DNA from: the human T2T-CHM13v2.0 reference genome, Homo sapiens
Length of the DNA: 64,000 bases
Direction: 5' to 3' (one strand)
Assembly: GCF_009914755.1 (NCBI RefSeq)
Contig: NC_060927.1
Positions 13,590-28,005 of this stretch are shown here, piece by piece; the stretch's first letter is position 1; each line of letters starts with the position of its first letter. The position numbers were made by a program, and so were the translations under genes. The notes below the pieces were generated by a model that saw nothing but the letters and a program-made list of their open reading frames with translations, ran no database searches and was not told where the DNA came from.

Positions 13590-14670
13590 CAGCTTACTAT
13601 AAAAAAGATGGTGTTTTACTTAGCTTTTGCCAAGGAACAAACCACCCCCAAAATTAGTAGCTTAAGTAATCATTGTATTTTTCTCATGATTTGCGGGTCA
13701 AATATTTGCAGAGTTTGGTTGGGTTGTTTGTCTCTGCTGCCAATGGAGTCAACCAGGATGGCTGGGGCAGGGGACTGCTTCCAAGATGGAGCATCTTGGA
13801 AGTTCTTTGGCATCTCTCTTTCCATATGATAGATCATGCTTCAAAGTTCTCCACGTGGGTGTTTCTCTTAGCATGCTGGTCTTAAAGTGGCACTTCTTTC
13901 ATGACAGCTAGCTTCTAAGACAGAGAAAGCAAACTGCCATGGCAGTTATGGGACACTGTATAACTTCTATCATATTCTGTTGATCAAAGGGGTCCCAGGG
14001 TCCACCCAGATTCAAAGGGTAGGGTGTGGGTGGGGGATTTATTCTACCTCTTGATGAGGACACAGCAAAATGACACTGTAGAAGGGTATGTGGAATGGAA
14101 GACATTTTTAAACCATCTTTGGAAAAATACAGTGTATCACAGACAGATTAAAAGATTCATTTGAAGTCAGTATGTGTTTAAGTTACCTATGGCTGCTATG
14201 ACAAATTACCACAAATTTAGTAGCTTTAAATAATAAAAATTTATTGTTTTACAGTGCCGAGAGTCCAAAACCAAAAGGGCTAGCAGGGATCCATTCCTTC
14301 TGGAGACTTCAAGGAAGAATCCCTTTCCTTGCCTTTTCCAGCTTCTAGAGGTCATCTGCATTCCTGGGCTCATGGCCTCATCCTTGTATGTCTACCAGTT
14401 CTTGCTTTATCATTCCATATCTGACTCCATATCTACTACTGACTCTAATCTCCTGCCATCCTGTTATAAGGACCCTTATGGTTTTATCGGGTCCTCTCAG
14501 ATATCCCAGGATAATGTCTCCATGGAAAGATCTTTCATCACATCTGCAAAGTCTCCATTTGCCATATAAGGTAACAGTCACAAGTTCTAAGGATTAGGAC
14601 ATAGATATGTCTGGGGCGGGGAGGGGCAGGCAGGGTGGAGGAAGGAGGTCATTATTCAGCCTACCATGGT
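13590..14670 (-). mobile_element. Two old MLT1 (MaLR) LTRs
   Basis: acaaaccaccccaaaattag and gctgctatgacaaattaccacaaatttag motifs typical of reverse MLT1 ends; boundaries approximate. Confidence 0.6.
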
Positions 14671-15155
14671 GAGATAGAATATTTTCCCAAATAAGTCTTA
14701 CCTTACACATTGTGGGGGTGTTTCTGGAGCCCCTATCTGAGTCCACTTTGTGTTGCTATAACAAAATACCACAGACGGGCTAATTTATTAAAGAAAGAAA
14801 TTTACTTCTCCCAGTTCTGGAGGCTGGGAAGTCTGATATCAAGGTGCTTTAGTGTCTCATGAAGGCCCTCTTGCTACACCATCCCACAGCAGATGGCAAA
14901 AGAGGGCGAAAGAGCAAGACGCTGAATTTGCAGCCTCAAGCCCTTTTATAATTGGTGTTAGGCTATTCATGATGGTGGAGCCTTAATGACCTAAACACCT
15001 CCCATTAGGCCCCACCTCCCAACACTGTTCCATTGGGAATTAAGTTTCCAGCACATACTTTTTGAGGGTCACATTCAAAGCCTAGTATTTGCTCCAGCCC
15101 CCAAAATTCATGTCCTTCTCATGTGCAAAATACGTTCATTCCATCTCAGTAGTCC

Positions 15156-15896
15156 TGATATGGTTTAGCTGTGTCCCCACCGAAAAATCTCATCTTGAAT
15201 TCTAATCCTCCACAATCCCCATGTGTCAAGGGACAGACCAGGTGGAGGTAATTGAATCAGGGGGGCGATTTTCCCCATGCTGTTCTCATGATAGTGAGTG
15301 AGTTCTCATGAGATCTGATTATTACTAAGTGTTTGGTAGTTCCTTCTGCATTCGTTCTCCTTCCTGCTGCCTTGTGAAGAAGATGCCTTGCTTCCTGATA
15401 TAGTTTGGCTGTGTCCCAACCCAAATCTCATTTTGAATTGTAATAATCCCCATGTGTCAAGGGCAGGGCCAGGTGGAGATAATTGAATCATGGGGGCAAT
15501 TTCCCCGATACTGTGCTCATGGTAGTGAGTAAATCTCACAAGATCTGATGGTTTTATAAATGGGAGGTCCCCTGCACAAGCTCTCTTGCCTGCCACCAGG
15601 TAAGAAGTAACTTTGCTCCCCATTCACCTTCTGCCTTGACTATGAGGCCTTTCCAGCCATGTGGAACTGTGAGTCAATTAAACCTCTTTTACATTATAAA
15701 TTACCCAGTCTCAGGTATGTCTTTATTAGCAACATGAAAATGAACTAATACGCTTTCCCTTTGCCTTCCGCCATGATTCTAAGTTTCCCAAGGCCTCCTC
15801 AGCCATGCTGAACTATAAGTCAATTAAACCTCTTTTCTTTATAAATTATCCAGTCTTGGGTATGTCTTTATAATAGAGTGAAAACAGACTAATATA
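15156..15896 (+). mobile_element. THE1/MSTA LTR containing a second THE1 LTR (15396-15752)
   Basis: tgatatggttt.gctgtgtcccc-type starts at 15156 and 15396; TSDs agtcc/agccc (outer) and cttcc/ctttc (inner). Confidence 0.85.
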
Positions 15897-16820
15897 AGCC
15901 CCAATGTATTAACTCATACTAGCACCAACTCAAAAGTCCAAAGTCCAAAGTCTCATCTAAATCAGATATGGGTGAGACTCAAGGCATGATTCACCCTAAG
16001 GCAATTCCCACCAGCTATGAGTTTCCAAAATGCAATGAGATAAGCATGATAGACGTTTCCATTACAAAAAGGAAAAACAGGTAAGAACAGTAACTGGTCC
16101 TAAGGAAGTCCAAAACCCATTAAGAAAAACAACATAAAATGTTAAAGCTCTAATATAGTTTTCCTTGACTCTATGTCCTGACTTCTGAGCACACAGGGGT
16201 AGGGGCTGAGCCCTCAAGGTCTTGGCCAGCCCATCCCTATGGCTTTGCTGGGCGTAGGCCATGCTGCGGCTCTCACAGGTTGGAGTCTTGTGCCAGCAGC
16301 TCTCCCAGACAGAAGTTGCATACTGGTAGCCCTATAGTTCTGGGCTCTCGGGGCTTCCCAACTCCCATGGCTCCACTAGGCATTGCCCTGGTGGGGGCTC
16401 ACTATAGTGGCTCTGCTGCTGTAACAAGTCTTTGCCTGGACACCCCCAGGCTGCCCATAATAACCTTTGAAATCTAGGTGGAGGCCACCTTGACCCCACA
16501 GCTCTTGCATTCTGTGCACCTGCAAAATTTACACCACATGAATGCCACCAAGGCTTATGAGGTATGTACATTCCAGAGTGGTGGGTTGAGATGCACCTAG
16601 GCCCACTTGAGCCATGGATGGGATGGCCAAGGGACACTGTGCTGAAATTCAAGCAGCAGAGTCCCTAGGTCGTGCAGAGCAGTGGTGGTCCTGCAGGTGC
16701 CCCTCTGGAAACTGCATCAAGGTCTTGCTCTGGGCCAGTGATGGGAGAGGCAGCCTCAAAAATCTCTCAAATGTCTTTGAGGTCTTTCGCCCATTGTTTT
16801 GAAAAACAGCACCTGGCTCC

Positions 16821-17131
16821 TTTTATTTATTTATTTATTTTAATTTCAACAGGTTTTGGGGGGAATAGGTGGTGTTTGGTTACATGTATAAGTAAGTTCT
16901 TTAATAGTGATTCCTGAGATTTTGGTTCATCCATTACCCAAGCAGTGTACACTGTACCCAATATGTAGTCTTTTATCTTTCACCCCACCTCCACCAGTTC
17001 TCCGAAGTCCCCAAAGTCCATTGTATTATTCTTAAACCTTTGCATCCTCATAGTTTAGCTCCCACTTATGACTGTGAACATACAATGTTTGGTTTTCCAT
17101 TCCTGAGTTACTTCACTCAGACTAAAGAGCC
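16821..17131 (-). mobile_element. L1PB-like 3' end fragment
   Basis: (TTTA)n tail, L1 3'UTR motifs, TSD cctggctccttt on both sides. Confidence 0.75.
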
Positions 17132-17347
17132 CCTGGCTCCTTTCTATTCATGGTAGTCTCTTTGGGAAATGGTAACTTGGGACACACCCTTGGTTTGCTC
17201 TCCTAAAGACCTTTTCACTCTTTATATGACCAGGCTGCGAATTTCCCAAATATTTTTGCCCTGATTCCCTTTTAATTGTAAATCCAAGCTTTAAATCATT
17301 TCTCTTTTTCTCATATATTACTGTATGCAGTTAAAAGTAGCCACAAA

Positions 17348-17655
<308 letters not shown>

Positions 17656-19422
17656 ATGCAGCCACACAGTTCCTTCAATATTTTGCTTAGAAATCTCTGC
17701 TATCCTAGTACTTATCTCTTAAATTCAGCCTTCCCTACAGCCCTCAGGCATGGAGATAATTCAGCCAATTTCTTTGCTACCTTGTAACAATGTTGGTCTT
17801 TACTCTAGTTTCCAGTGCTTTGTTTCTCATTTCCATCTAGGATCTCATCAGAATGGGCTTTAGCATTCATATTTCTACCAACAATCTAATCATGACACTT
17901 AAGTAATCTCTAAGAAGTTACATTCTTTTCCTGCATGTCTTCTTTTTTTTTGACCCCTCACCAGAATCATCCTCAATGCTCCATTCACAGCAATCTAGGC
18001 TCTTCCTAGCCTGCTCCTCCAGATTCTTCCAGCCTTTAGCCATTACCCAGTTCCAAAACTGCTTCCATATTTTCAGGTATTTGTTATAGCAGCAACCCAA
18101 TGTCTGGCACCAATGTTTCGTCTTAGGCCTTTTTGTATTGCTATAACAGAATACCACAGACTCAGTAATTTATAAAGAAAAAAATTATTTTTTACAGTTC
18201 TGGAGGCTGGGAAGTCCAATATTAAGGTGCTAATCATCTGGTAAAGGCCTTATTACAGCATCATCCCATGACAGAAGGTAGTAAGGCAAAAGGGTACAAG
18301 AGATAGAGAGGGGAAGGGAGCCAAACTCAGCCCCAGTAAAACCTAAGTAGTTTTAGGTCTCGAGTAGTCTTATCTTTGGTTCATTTGTCCTTCTTCTTGA
18401 ATCATCTACTTTCAGACTTCATTTATTCTTGTGTGAAGACTTCATTAGAATCATCGTTTTTGAGAAAGCTTCATTTCGCATCTCTGGCAAATTTTACAGT
18501 GAATACAGCCAAAATTTGAAAGCTCTGAGGCTGGAGACCCAAGTGAAATGTTTCATATGAGTTTAGAACCCCAGGCCAGACTACATTAGCTTAAACACAT
18601 AAGGCACATTATATAGAAGCCTACATTAATATTCATGATAATAATTTCATGGAAAAGTGTGTTCAGAATTACAGTGTGAAGAGCCATTTGCTTTGCTACT
18701 CCAAAGCAGTGTAATACAGAACCCTCATATTCCCACTTCTCTTTCTTACCACACAACAGGAATAGTAAAAATTGAGGAGGGTAAACAGGAAGGTGAAAGT
18801 TGGAGGGAGATTGTCTCTGCTTCTGTAAACTGATGCGGAAGCTCCCACAAGAAAAGGGATTAAAAACAGAAATTAGGACCACAGGAGAGAAAGGCTAAGA
18901 AACAGACCCTTTCAAGAGAGGTTCTGGTGGTCAAGGCATGACCTCTTAGGAAAAGATCTTGCTACATGTACCTTTACTTATATTTTTCACTATTAGTTTT
19001 ATTAACAATCAAACTGGTTTCCTTTTGCCGCTTTCTATAGGCACCACTATCCTAGCTATCTTGATTTGTCAATTCTAAAAAATAGTTCAAACAGCCACTG
19101 ACTCCTAGACAAAGGTTGTACTGGAATTATAATGGATCAAGAGTCAGGTAAATTTTTTATTTCTCTAAGAAACTACTTTATACCCCTCTGTCTTTAAGTC
19201 ACAGAAGACGCATCACATAAAAGGCTGAATGTTTGCTTGTTTTGACTGGAGGAGCACAAGGCTGAGTTATTCATACCCCGCCCCTTTGACAGTATATTAT
19301 GATCGCTGGTGTTTGAAAATCCCATTACTTGCTTTCAAAAAATACATACATATTCCTTTCTGTCTCCATTTCCTCCATTTCCACTTTCATTCACCCTTTA
19401 GGCAGTCATTCTAATGGGTTAT

Positions 19423-19432
19423 GTGGTTTTTG

Positions 19433-19463
<31 letters not shown>

Positions 19464-21006
19464 TGTTTCTTTGTTTTTTTCTTTGAGACAGAGTCTCTGT
19501 CGCCCAGGCTGGAGTGCAGTGGCACGATCTTGGCTCACCGCAACCTCCACCTCCTGGGTTCAAGTGATTCTTGTCCCTCAGCCTCCCCAGTAGCTGTGAG
19601 AGGTGACAGCGTGCTGGCAGCCCTTGCAGCCCTCGCTGCTCTGGGCACCTTTTCTGCCTGGGCTCCCACTTTGGCGGCACTTGAGGAGCCCTTCAGCCCA
19701 CCACTGCACTGTGGGAGCCCCTTTCTGGGCTGGCCAAGCCCAGAGCTGGCTCCCTCAGCTTGCAGGGAGGTGTGGAGGGAAAGGCGCGAGGGGGAACAGC
19801 TGGAGTTCCTGGTGGGCGTGGGCTTGGCGGGCCGGCACTCGGAGCAGCCGGCCGGCCCTGCCAGCAGGGGCAATGAGGGGCTTAGCACCCGGGCCAGCAG
19901 CTGTGGAGGGTGTACTAGGTCCCCCAGCAGTGCTGGCCCACTGGCGCTGCGCTTGATTTCTCGCCAGGCCTTAGCTGCCTCCCTGCAGGGCAGGGTTCGG
20001 GACCTGCAGCCCACCATGCCTGAGCCTCCCCCGCCTCTGTGGGCTCCTGTGCCATGAAGCCTCCTTGATGAGCCCCACCCCCTGCTCCAGGGCGCCCAGT
20101 CCCATTGACCACCCAAGGGCTGAGGAGTGCGGGCACACGGCTTGGGACTGGCAGGCAGCTCCACCTGCAGCCCCAGTGCAGGATCCACTGGGTTAAGCCA
20201 GCTGCGCTCCTGAGTCTGGTGGGGCCTTGGAGAACCTTTATGTCTAGCTCAGGGATTGTAAACGCACCAATCCGCACTCTGTATCTAGCTCAAGGTTTGT
20301 AAACACACCAATCAGCACCCTGTGTCTAGCTCAGGGTTTGTGAATACACCAATTGACACTCTGTATCTAGCTAATCTGGTGGGGACGTGGAGAAACTTTG
20401 TGTCTAGCTCAGGGATTGTAAACGCACCAATCAGCGCCCTGTCAAAACAGACCACTCGCTCTATCAATCAGCAGGATGTGGGTGGGGCCAGATAAGAGAA
20501 TAAAAGCAGGCTGCCCGAGCCAGCAGTGGCAACCCACTGGGTCCCCTTCCACACTGTGGAAGCTTTGTTCTTTCACTCTTTGCAATAAATCTTGCTGCTG
20601 CTCACTCTTTGGGTCCACACTGCCTTTATGAGCTGTAACACTCACCACGAAGGTCCGAAGCTTCACTCCTGAGCCAGCGAGACCACAAACCCAGCAGAAG
20701 GAAGAAACTCCGAACATCAGAAGGAACAAACTCCTGATACGCCGCCTTTAAGAACTGTAACACTCACCGCGAGGGTCGGCGGCTTCATTCTTGAAGTCAG
20801 TGAGACCAAGAACCCACCAATTCTGGACACAGCTGGGATTACAGGCCTCGCCACCACTCCTTCCTTCCTGGCTAATCTTTATATTTTTACAAGAGATGGG
20901 GTTTCATCATGCTGGTCAGGCTGGTCTCGAACTCCTAACCTCAAGTGAATCATCCTCCTCAGCCTCCCAAAGTGTTGGAATTACAGGCATGAGACATCAT
21001 GCCCAG
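19423..21006 (-). mobile_element. Alu split by the LTR12 insertion
   Basis: Alu reads continuously ...cccagtagctg|ggattacagg... across the LTR. Confidence 0.88.
19597..20831 (+). mobile_element. LTR12C-like solo LTR (HERV9)
   Basis: Starts tgagaggtgacagcgtgctggcag, ends aacccaccaattctggacaca; 4-bp TSD GCTG; about 41-bp CCAAT-bearing repeats at 20240-20440. Confidence 0.92.
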
Positions 21007-21119
21007 TGGTTATGTGTATTTTTAAAATTTGTAAGTGTTCTTGAAAATATATATTTACAATTTCATTTCCATGTTTTTTTTCACGTGTGTAAATGGTTTT
21101 GTGTTATATATCACATCCT

Positions 21120-24100
21120 CTAATTTTTTTCTCAGAACTTGATTTTTATGATCAATCCATGCTGCTACATATAATTCATTGCTACTAACCACTAAGTGTT
21201 ACACCACAGTATGCAACCACCACTTTATAATTCTCTCTACCCATGATAAGACACTCAAATTACCTCCAACTTTCTACCTCTACAAGAAGGCGGAAAGTAC
21301 ATCCTCATGCATGTCTCCTTAGTACCTGCATAACAATTTCTTTGGAATAGATACCCAGTGGTGGAATTGTGTGATCATTAAATAGGAATGTACTTAATGG
21401 CTCTCAGAGGTGCATTCTCACCAGTGGAGTATAAGGATTTCTACATCCTTGCTTTCTAATTTTTGGCAGACTAATAGGTAGTAAAGTAATATCTCATTAT
21501 TTTTCTGATTTCTAAGGAGAGGCAGCATATTTTCATGTCATTTTCCAAATCTGAAAGTTTTCTTCTTTGAAAATTTTCCCTATTTTTTTTTTTTTACCAT
21601 TTTTCTATTGATCCTTATTTGTTTTTCCTGCGGATTTGAAAAAAAATAAACATTTATAAATATCACCTCTTGATATTTATATTTTTGATATTTATTTGAC
21701 AGAGACAGATCTGTCATTTGTCTCTTAATCTTACTATTCATGTCTCTCTTGTAAGATAAATTCTTAATTTTGTTATAATCCAATTTATTATTTCACCTTA
21801 CAGCTTGTGAATTTAAAATTTTCCCCCATGTCATCAGTCACAAAGATATTCTCCCATATTGTTTCTTTAATTTCATGGTTTTATTTTAACATTTTTGTCT
21901 TTATTCCATCTAGAATTCACCTTTACACTTGGTGGTAATTAGAAACCCATGTTTATTTGTCTGCTAATAGCTGGCCATTCTTCGCAATACCATCTTTAAA
22001 TAATCCACAGTGACTTACAGTATCATCTTTATCAAATATTAGGTTGTCATAGATATGAGCCTTTCTCTGAACTTTCTGTTCAGTTTCATGTTCTGAAAAT
22101 ACCATATAGTTTTATTTCTATAGCTTTATATTATTAATATTTGATAAGATATTTCTCTCTTTTGTATTTTAGACATGTGTGGACTTTTAGTTCCTCAGTT
22201 AAATTTTAAAATGAGTTTACTGAGTTTCTCAAAAATATTTTTTTAAACAAGATTGCTCTGAACATATAAATTTGAGGATGGCCACACATAGTACCTCACA
22301 CCTATAACCCCAGCACTTTGGGAAGCCCTGGCAGGAGGACTGCTTGAGCCCAGGAGTTTGAGACCAGTGTGGGCAACATAGTGAGACCCCATCTCTAAAA
22401 ATATAAAATATAATAAAATAAAATAAAATCAATTTGAGGAGAACTGATCACTGTATAGTATCACTCAATTCAAGATCATGAAATATCTTTCCATGGTTTT
22501 AATTCATTTTCTAAGTCTTCAATTTGAGTATTAACATTTTCTCCATAGGGTTTTTATGTGTTCTTAAGATATTTCTAGATATGTTATGGGATTTGCTGCT
22601 ATTGTGAATGCTATCATCTTTTTAATTTCTACTAGACTATTGCTTGCATAAAGAACTACTATGGATTTTTATAGGAGAGTCATAGAATTATCTAAATACC
22701 TTATGTGTTCCTATATTTTGTCTATGGATTCTATTTTTTTCCAGTATTATATCTATTAAAAGTAATGACAGGAATATACTATAGCTTATGATCTATACAA
22801 TCCCTATTTTTCTTTTCTTATTGCATTGAATGTAACCTCCAGTACTTTTCTTTTTGTTCTCAACCATAAAGAAACTATACCTAAATTTTATTCATTAGGT
22901 ATAATGTTTACTGCAGATTTTGTTCACTTTCTTTTTCTTTTCTCTCTCTTTCTCTTTCCATCTCTCCCTCCCTCCCTCCTTTCTCATGCTAATTTGCTCA
23001 AAACAACCCTATCTTATTCTTGTTCTAGCTGACATTACCTTATGCATTATTAATCCTGAACTGAAGTGTGAAAATTTGGAAGATTAATTATATGGTTATT
23101 CTAGATTTAACCTTTATCAAGCTCAGAAACTTTTCTTATATTCTTAGTTTGACAAAAACTTTTATCATAACTAAGTAGTGATCTCTATCAACTGCTTTTT
23201 CTGTATGAACTGAGGTAATAATATACTTTTAGTGGTGGGGTCTTACTATGTTATCCAGGCTGGTATCAAACTCCTGGCCTCAAGTGATCCTCGCACTTCA
23301 GCCTCTTGAGTGGCTGGGATTACGGGCATAAGCCACTGCACCCAGCTGATTTCCTGATGTTAACTCACCTTTAAATTTCTGGAATAATTCTACTTGATCA
23401 TGATATTATTTTTAACACACTTAAGATCGGACTGAATATCATTTTATTTAGAATTAATTCAAAATCAAAAGGAATGCTATTTTTCTTTTCTTTTATTCCC
23501 TCACTTAAATTTTAAAATGAGTTTACTAAATGTCTTTATTTGATTTTGGAGTCAAGATTACATAAGCCTCTTAGAATAAGCTCATTTTTTAAGGACAATA
23601 TCTTAATAAGGGAAACATTAACAATTTCTTAAAATTTGGAAGAGTTCATTTGTAAAACCATCTGGATCTGGGTTTCGGGAGAAATAGGAAGAAGAGGGCT
23701 TTGGCTGCGGTTTTAACTTGTTTAATACTCGTTTGTATAACTAAGTTCTCTATTGCTTCCTGTGAAATTACAGATATTTTATGTTTTTCTAGGAACACAT
23801 CCATTTTATTTAGGTTTCCAAGTGTATTTAATATAGCTGTTTGTAATATTTTATGATAATATTTTTAATCTGTGTTGAGTTTAGAATATTTTCCCTTTCT
23901 ATCTTGTACTCTATGTATTGGCATTTCCTCTTTCTCTTTTTTGTTTTTCCTTGATTATTCCTGCCAGATGTCAGTCTCACTTACTAACCTTTTCAAAGAA
24001 TGAGAATGTGCTTTTGTTAATGCTCACTTTTGTTTTTCTATTCCACTTATTTCTATCTCTGTTTTTGTTATTTTAAAACTTCTTGTTACTCGGGGTTTGC

Positions 24101-24170
24101 TCTATTGTATTTTTTGTGTTTGTTTTCTCAATTGGAAAGTTCATGTCATTTTTTAAATTATCAAATCTGT
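21120..24170 (-). mobile_element. Ancient L1M/L1ME fragments with inserted Alu monomers (22280-22430 plus, 23229-23347 minus)
   Basis: T-rich degenerate L1 ORF2-like antisense sequence; boundaries approximate. Confidence 0.55.
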
Positions 24171-25781
24171 TTTGTCACTACTGCCTTGTCAGTTAGAACC
24201 CAATCCCCCACCACACATACCAGCAGGTCAGGCCAGCTTTTCGCCTACCCAGGCATTTCTTAAACTTCTTTTTGTCATTTTATTTTGTTATTATTAGTGC
24301 TTGGAATCTTATTGTTTCTTTAGAGAAGATTTGAAGGGAGGGAGTCAGCATTCTGAGGTAATTCACCAACTTATCTTAGAAACTAAAAATAATTTCTTTT
24401 TTTTATTTTTCAGGTTTTTTCCTTATTTTATTTTTTGCCAGCTCACATCAAAAAATGATTTCTAATGTTTATATTTAGGCTCAGAGTTCACCATTCTTCC
24501 CAGGAAGTTTCTCTCTCTTTACTAGAAACACTCACTCTATTAGGTGATACTAGGCCTATGGAAATGGTAGTTATTTATTCCACTTCTTACAAAAGAGAAG
24601 AACACAATTTAAAAACTATAATGAAACCCAGAGTACTTATTTCCAAATCGCATGTTTTCAAGATAGTACATGGAATATGTAGGCCAATTGAAGTGCTTTA
24701 TCAGCCCCTGAAAACGAAGTCTAAATATTGCCCCAAATATATGGGTTACAATTTTTTAATTTCTTTGGTGACCTTATCTCACTACAGGGACCTTCCTGTA
24801 TGAGCTGTTGTAGTTAGTAAAACTACTGTTAGATTTACCAGAGAAAGGACTGTTTTGTTTTGCTTTTCAAATTAGAGCCATTGGCCTATAGAATATACAC
24901 ATCAAATAACAAAAAAAGTGTAACTTAGGCAGGACATTTTTAAAAATTGTTTTTAACAGTGGAATTCACCACACATGCCTATATACAAATAAAGACCAAA
25001 ATATGAAATTTAAATTAAAAAAAATCATAATAAAAAGTATATTTTTGTTTCACATGATGGGTTGATTAAACAAGAATACATCTGAAGAAATTTTGACACA
25101 TTAAGTTATTTATGTACGTTGACATATTTGGTGATTTAAAAGCTCTGAAGTTAGAAAATATAGTTACAGTGCACACTTAAAACTACAGAAGCTGGAAAGC
25201 TAAACAACTTGTTTAATCTGAAACAGTTAAAAATTTTTAGGTCTGAGCCTGGATCCCACATCTTGTGTTTTTGTTTTAGTTTGTTTTATTTTATACTTTG
25301 GTTTTTTTTACCATGTTGCCAAATGAGATAGGCAAAGAGAAGAGTTGGGCAGGGCCAGAAAAGCGGAAGTTAAGAGAGATACAAGGATAAAATTATGAAA
25401 AATATTTTATCTAAGGAACTTCCCCAGAACACATAATGCTGTATTAGCATGGTATTTATCTTTATCCAAATGTACTCTGATCAAAGGAATGTATCCTCTA
25501 CAGTATTGTGCGTGCAAAAATGCAGCCTCATTACATGGCCCTAAGAAGCAAGAGTTAACACTGTTTTTTTAATGTACACATAATATTTAACAGCCAAATA
25601 TTGTCTATTTTTATTATAAAATATTTACATTTCTATCTAAAATTAAAAAGCTGAAATAGTCTTGATATACTATCTTTTCTACACTTTAATAGTACAAATT
25701 CTTGCATGTAACTTTACAAAAGAAAACATCTTTTTCATGGATATATCCATATCCCACTGCCCTTTTAAAATACAGCAGCTA

Positions 25782-26080
25782 AGGCTGGGCAGGGTGGGTC
25801 ATGCCTGTAATCCTAGCACTTTGGGAGGCTGAGGAGAGTGGACACTTGAGCCCAGGAGTTCAAGACTACCCTGGCCAACATGGCGAAACCCTGTCTCTAC
25901 TAAAAATACAAAAATTAGCTGGGTGTGGTGGCACATGCCTGTAATCCCAGCTACTCGGGAGGCTGAGGCACTTGAGAATCACTTGAACCAGGGAGACAGA
26001 AGTTGCAGTGAGCTGAGAGCAGGCCACAGCACTCCAGCCTGGGTGACACAGCAAGGCGCTGCCTCACAAAAAAAAAAAAA
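25782..26080 (+). mobile_element. Alu (AluS-like)
   Basis: Dimer and poly-A. Confidence 0.92.
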
Positions 26081-26403
26081 CAGTTAACCCATGAAAACGC
26101 ATATGCTCATAGACTATGTCTAGCACCTCAATATAACTGAGCATCAGCCCAAGAGCTTCATGAGAAAGACATGAGAAAGAAAAACACTAAAATTTAAAAT
26201 GTCACATGGTAATTAAAGAACCGTTCCAAATTTCTCAACATGTGTTAAATATAAAGACAGCAAAATTGCATATAAAATGAAACCTCACTCCCAAGGATAA
26301 TGAAATTACATTGGATGGAATAGATAGGTGGAGAGTTAGACAGGAACATATCTAAGTTCCCTTCCATTTCTAAGATTATATAATTGAGATGTTTTGAACT
26401 TAC

Positions 26404-26428
26404 CTAAGTATTTTGGATAAAAATAATC
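26404..26428 (-). CDS. PROS1: PROS1 exon 3 (25-nt aromatic-stack microexon)
   Basis: tag|GATTATTTTTATCCAAAATACTTAG|gtaagt = DYFYPKYL(V); not in the ORF track; bridges exons 2 and 4 in frame. Confidence 0.97.
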
Positions 26429-26827
26429 CTAGAAAGAAGAAAAAGAAAACATATCTTAGCAAACCTAAATTTCATTATAGAGTTAAAACTTAATTTTATA
26501 ATGTGTTTTTATATTAAAGATGCAAATAAGTTACATATAACCATCATTTTCACATTATAATTTTTATATAGTAAAATATACCAAGAGAAAACAATAAAAT
26601 TAAGCCAGTAAGATACTTAGGCTTAAAGAAATATTGATCAATTAATCATGTTTCAAAAGCTTCTAATCTAAAAACAAGCTCTATTTAGGATGGTAAATAT
26701 AATCATACATGCCCTTTTTTGTACATCCTTTAATTTTTCCATAATGATTAGATAACCATTTGACACATTTTATGTCATAATGGTCACCTACACCAGATTC
26801 AATGTTGAATCACAGTAACGTACTCTC

Positions 26828-27132
26828 TTTTTTTTTTTTTTTTTGAGACGAGGTTTCTCTGTGTCACCCATGCTAGAGTGCAGTGGTATGACCATGACTC
26901 ACTGCAGCCTTACCCTCCTGGGCTCAAGTAATCCTCCCATCTCAGCCCCCCAAGTAGCTGGAACTACAGGTACATGCCACCATGCACAGCTGGTTTTTTG
27001 TTGTTAATTATTTTTTTGTAGAGATGGGGTCTCACTATGTTGCCTAGGCCTCAAACTCCTGGGCTCAAGCGATCCTCCCACCTTGGCCTCCCAAAGTGCT
27101 GGAATTACAGGTGTGAGCCAAGGTGCCCAGCT
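26828..27132 (-). mobile_element. Alu (AluJ-like)
   Basis: Reverse dimer with poly-T; flanked by acagt.ac.tact direct repeat. Confidence 0.9.
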
Positions 27133-27714
27133 AACAGTGACATACTTTGAAGTGAATTAAAGTAGACATTTATCTTATACATCTTATGTACATGTAGTAC
27201 CTTACCTATAAATTGGTTGTGTACCAAAAGTTTGTCTGTAAATCAGTCAATTTGGAGTAAAGAATGTGCTTTCTTAAAAAGAGAAAAATGTTAAAAATTT
27301 CTGATAGTAAGGTTCTCAGGCTAGTCCACAAAAGCATTCTTAAGCCATAATATATCTAATGTGTACCATTAACAGCACAAGAATACCTCATGAGAAACCA
27401 GAATTTCTACACAAAGACATATTCAATGTTACCACTTAGTAAGTACAGAACATAAGCTCATCCAGAACTGAGTCAAAGGCCTCATTCTTTCCTCCTCTCA
27501 TATAAACCTACACAATAGATAATGGGATTCAAAGGTGATATTGCGACCGTCAAAGGAATATATTAGAGATGTTGAGGCATAAGTAGTACTGTGGGGACTG
27601 GAAATGTGGACTGTGGTATTAGGGATGTGGACAGGGAGTGGTTGGGTAGGGTCGAAAATGATCACACCTGTAATCATGAGAATTGTAACACAGTAACAAA
27701 TGTTTGGTGGGGGT

Positions 27715-28005
27715 GGGGCAGAGGGATCACTGTGGTCACACGTGTAATCCTAGCACTTTGGGAGACTAAGGTGGGCAGATTGCTCGAGCCCAGACTGGGC
27801 AACATGGCAAAACGCCCTCTCGACAAAAAATACCAAAATTAGCCAGGTGTGGGGCTGCACACCTGTAGTCTCAGCGACACAGGAGGCTGAGACGGGAGGA
27901 TTGCCTGAGCGGGGGGGTCAGGGCTGCAGTGAACCATGATCATGCCACTGCACTCTAGCCTGGGCAACAGAGCAAGACCCTGTCTAAAAAAAAAAAAAAA
28001 AAAAA
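27715..28005 (+). mobile_element. Alu (AluJ-like, degenerate)
   Basis: Alu motifs and poly-A. Confidence 0.85.

Noticed and set aside
19329-20302. 242-aa and 217-aa ORFs
   Set aside because: Chance read-through of Alu and GC-rich LTR12 sequence
20240-20440. Regularly spaced repeats resembling a CRISPR array
   Set aside because: These are the native LTR12 U3 tandem repeats, with no unique spacers, in a eukaryotic context
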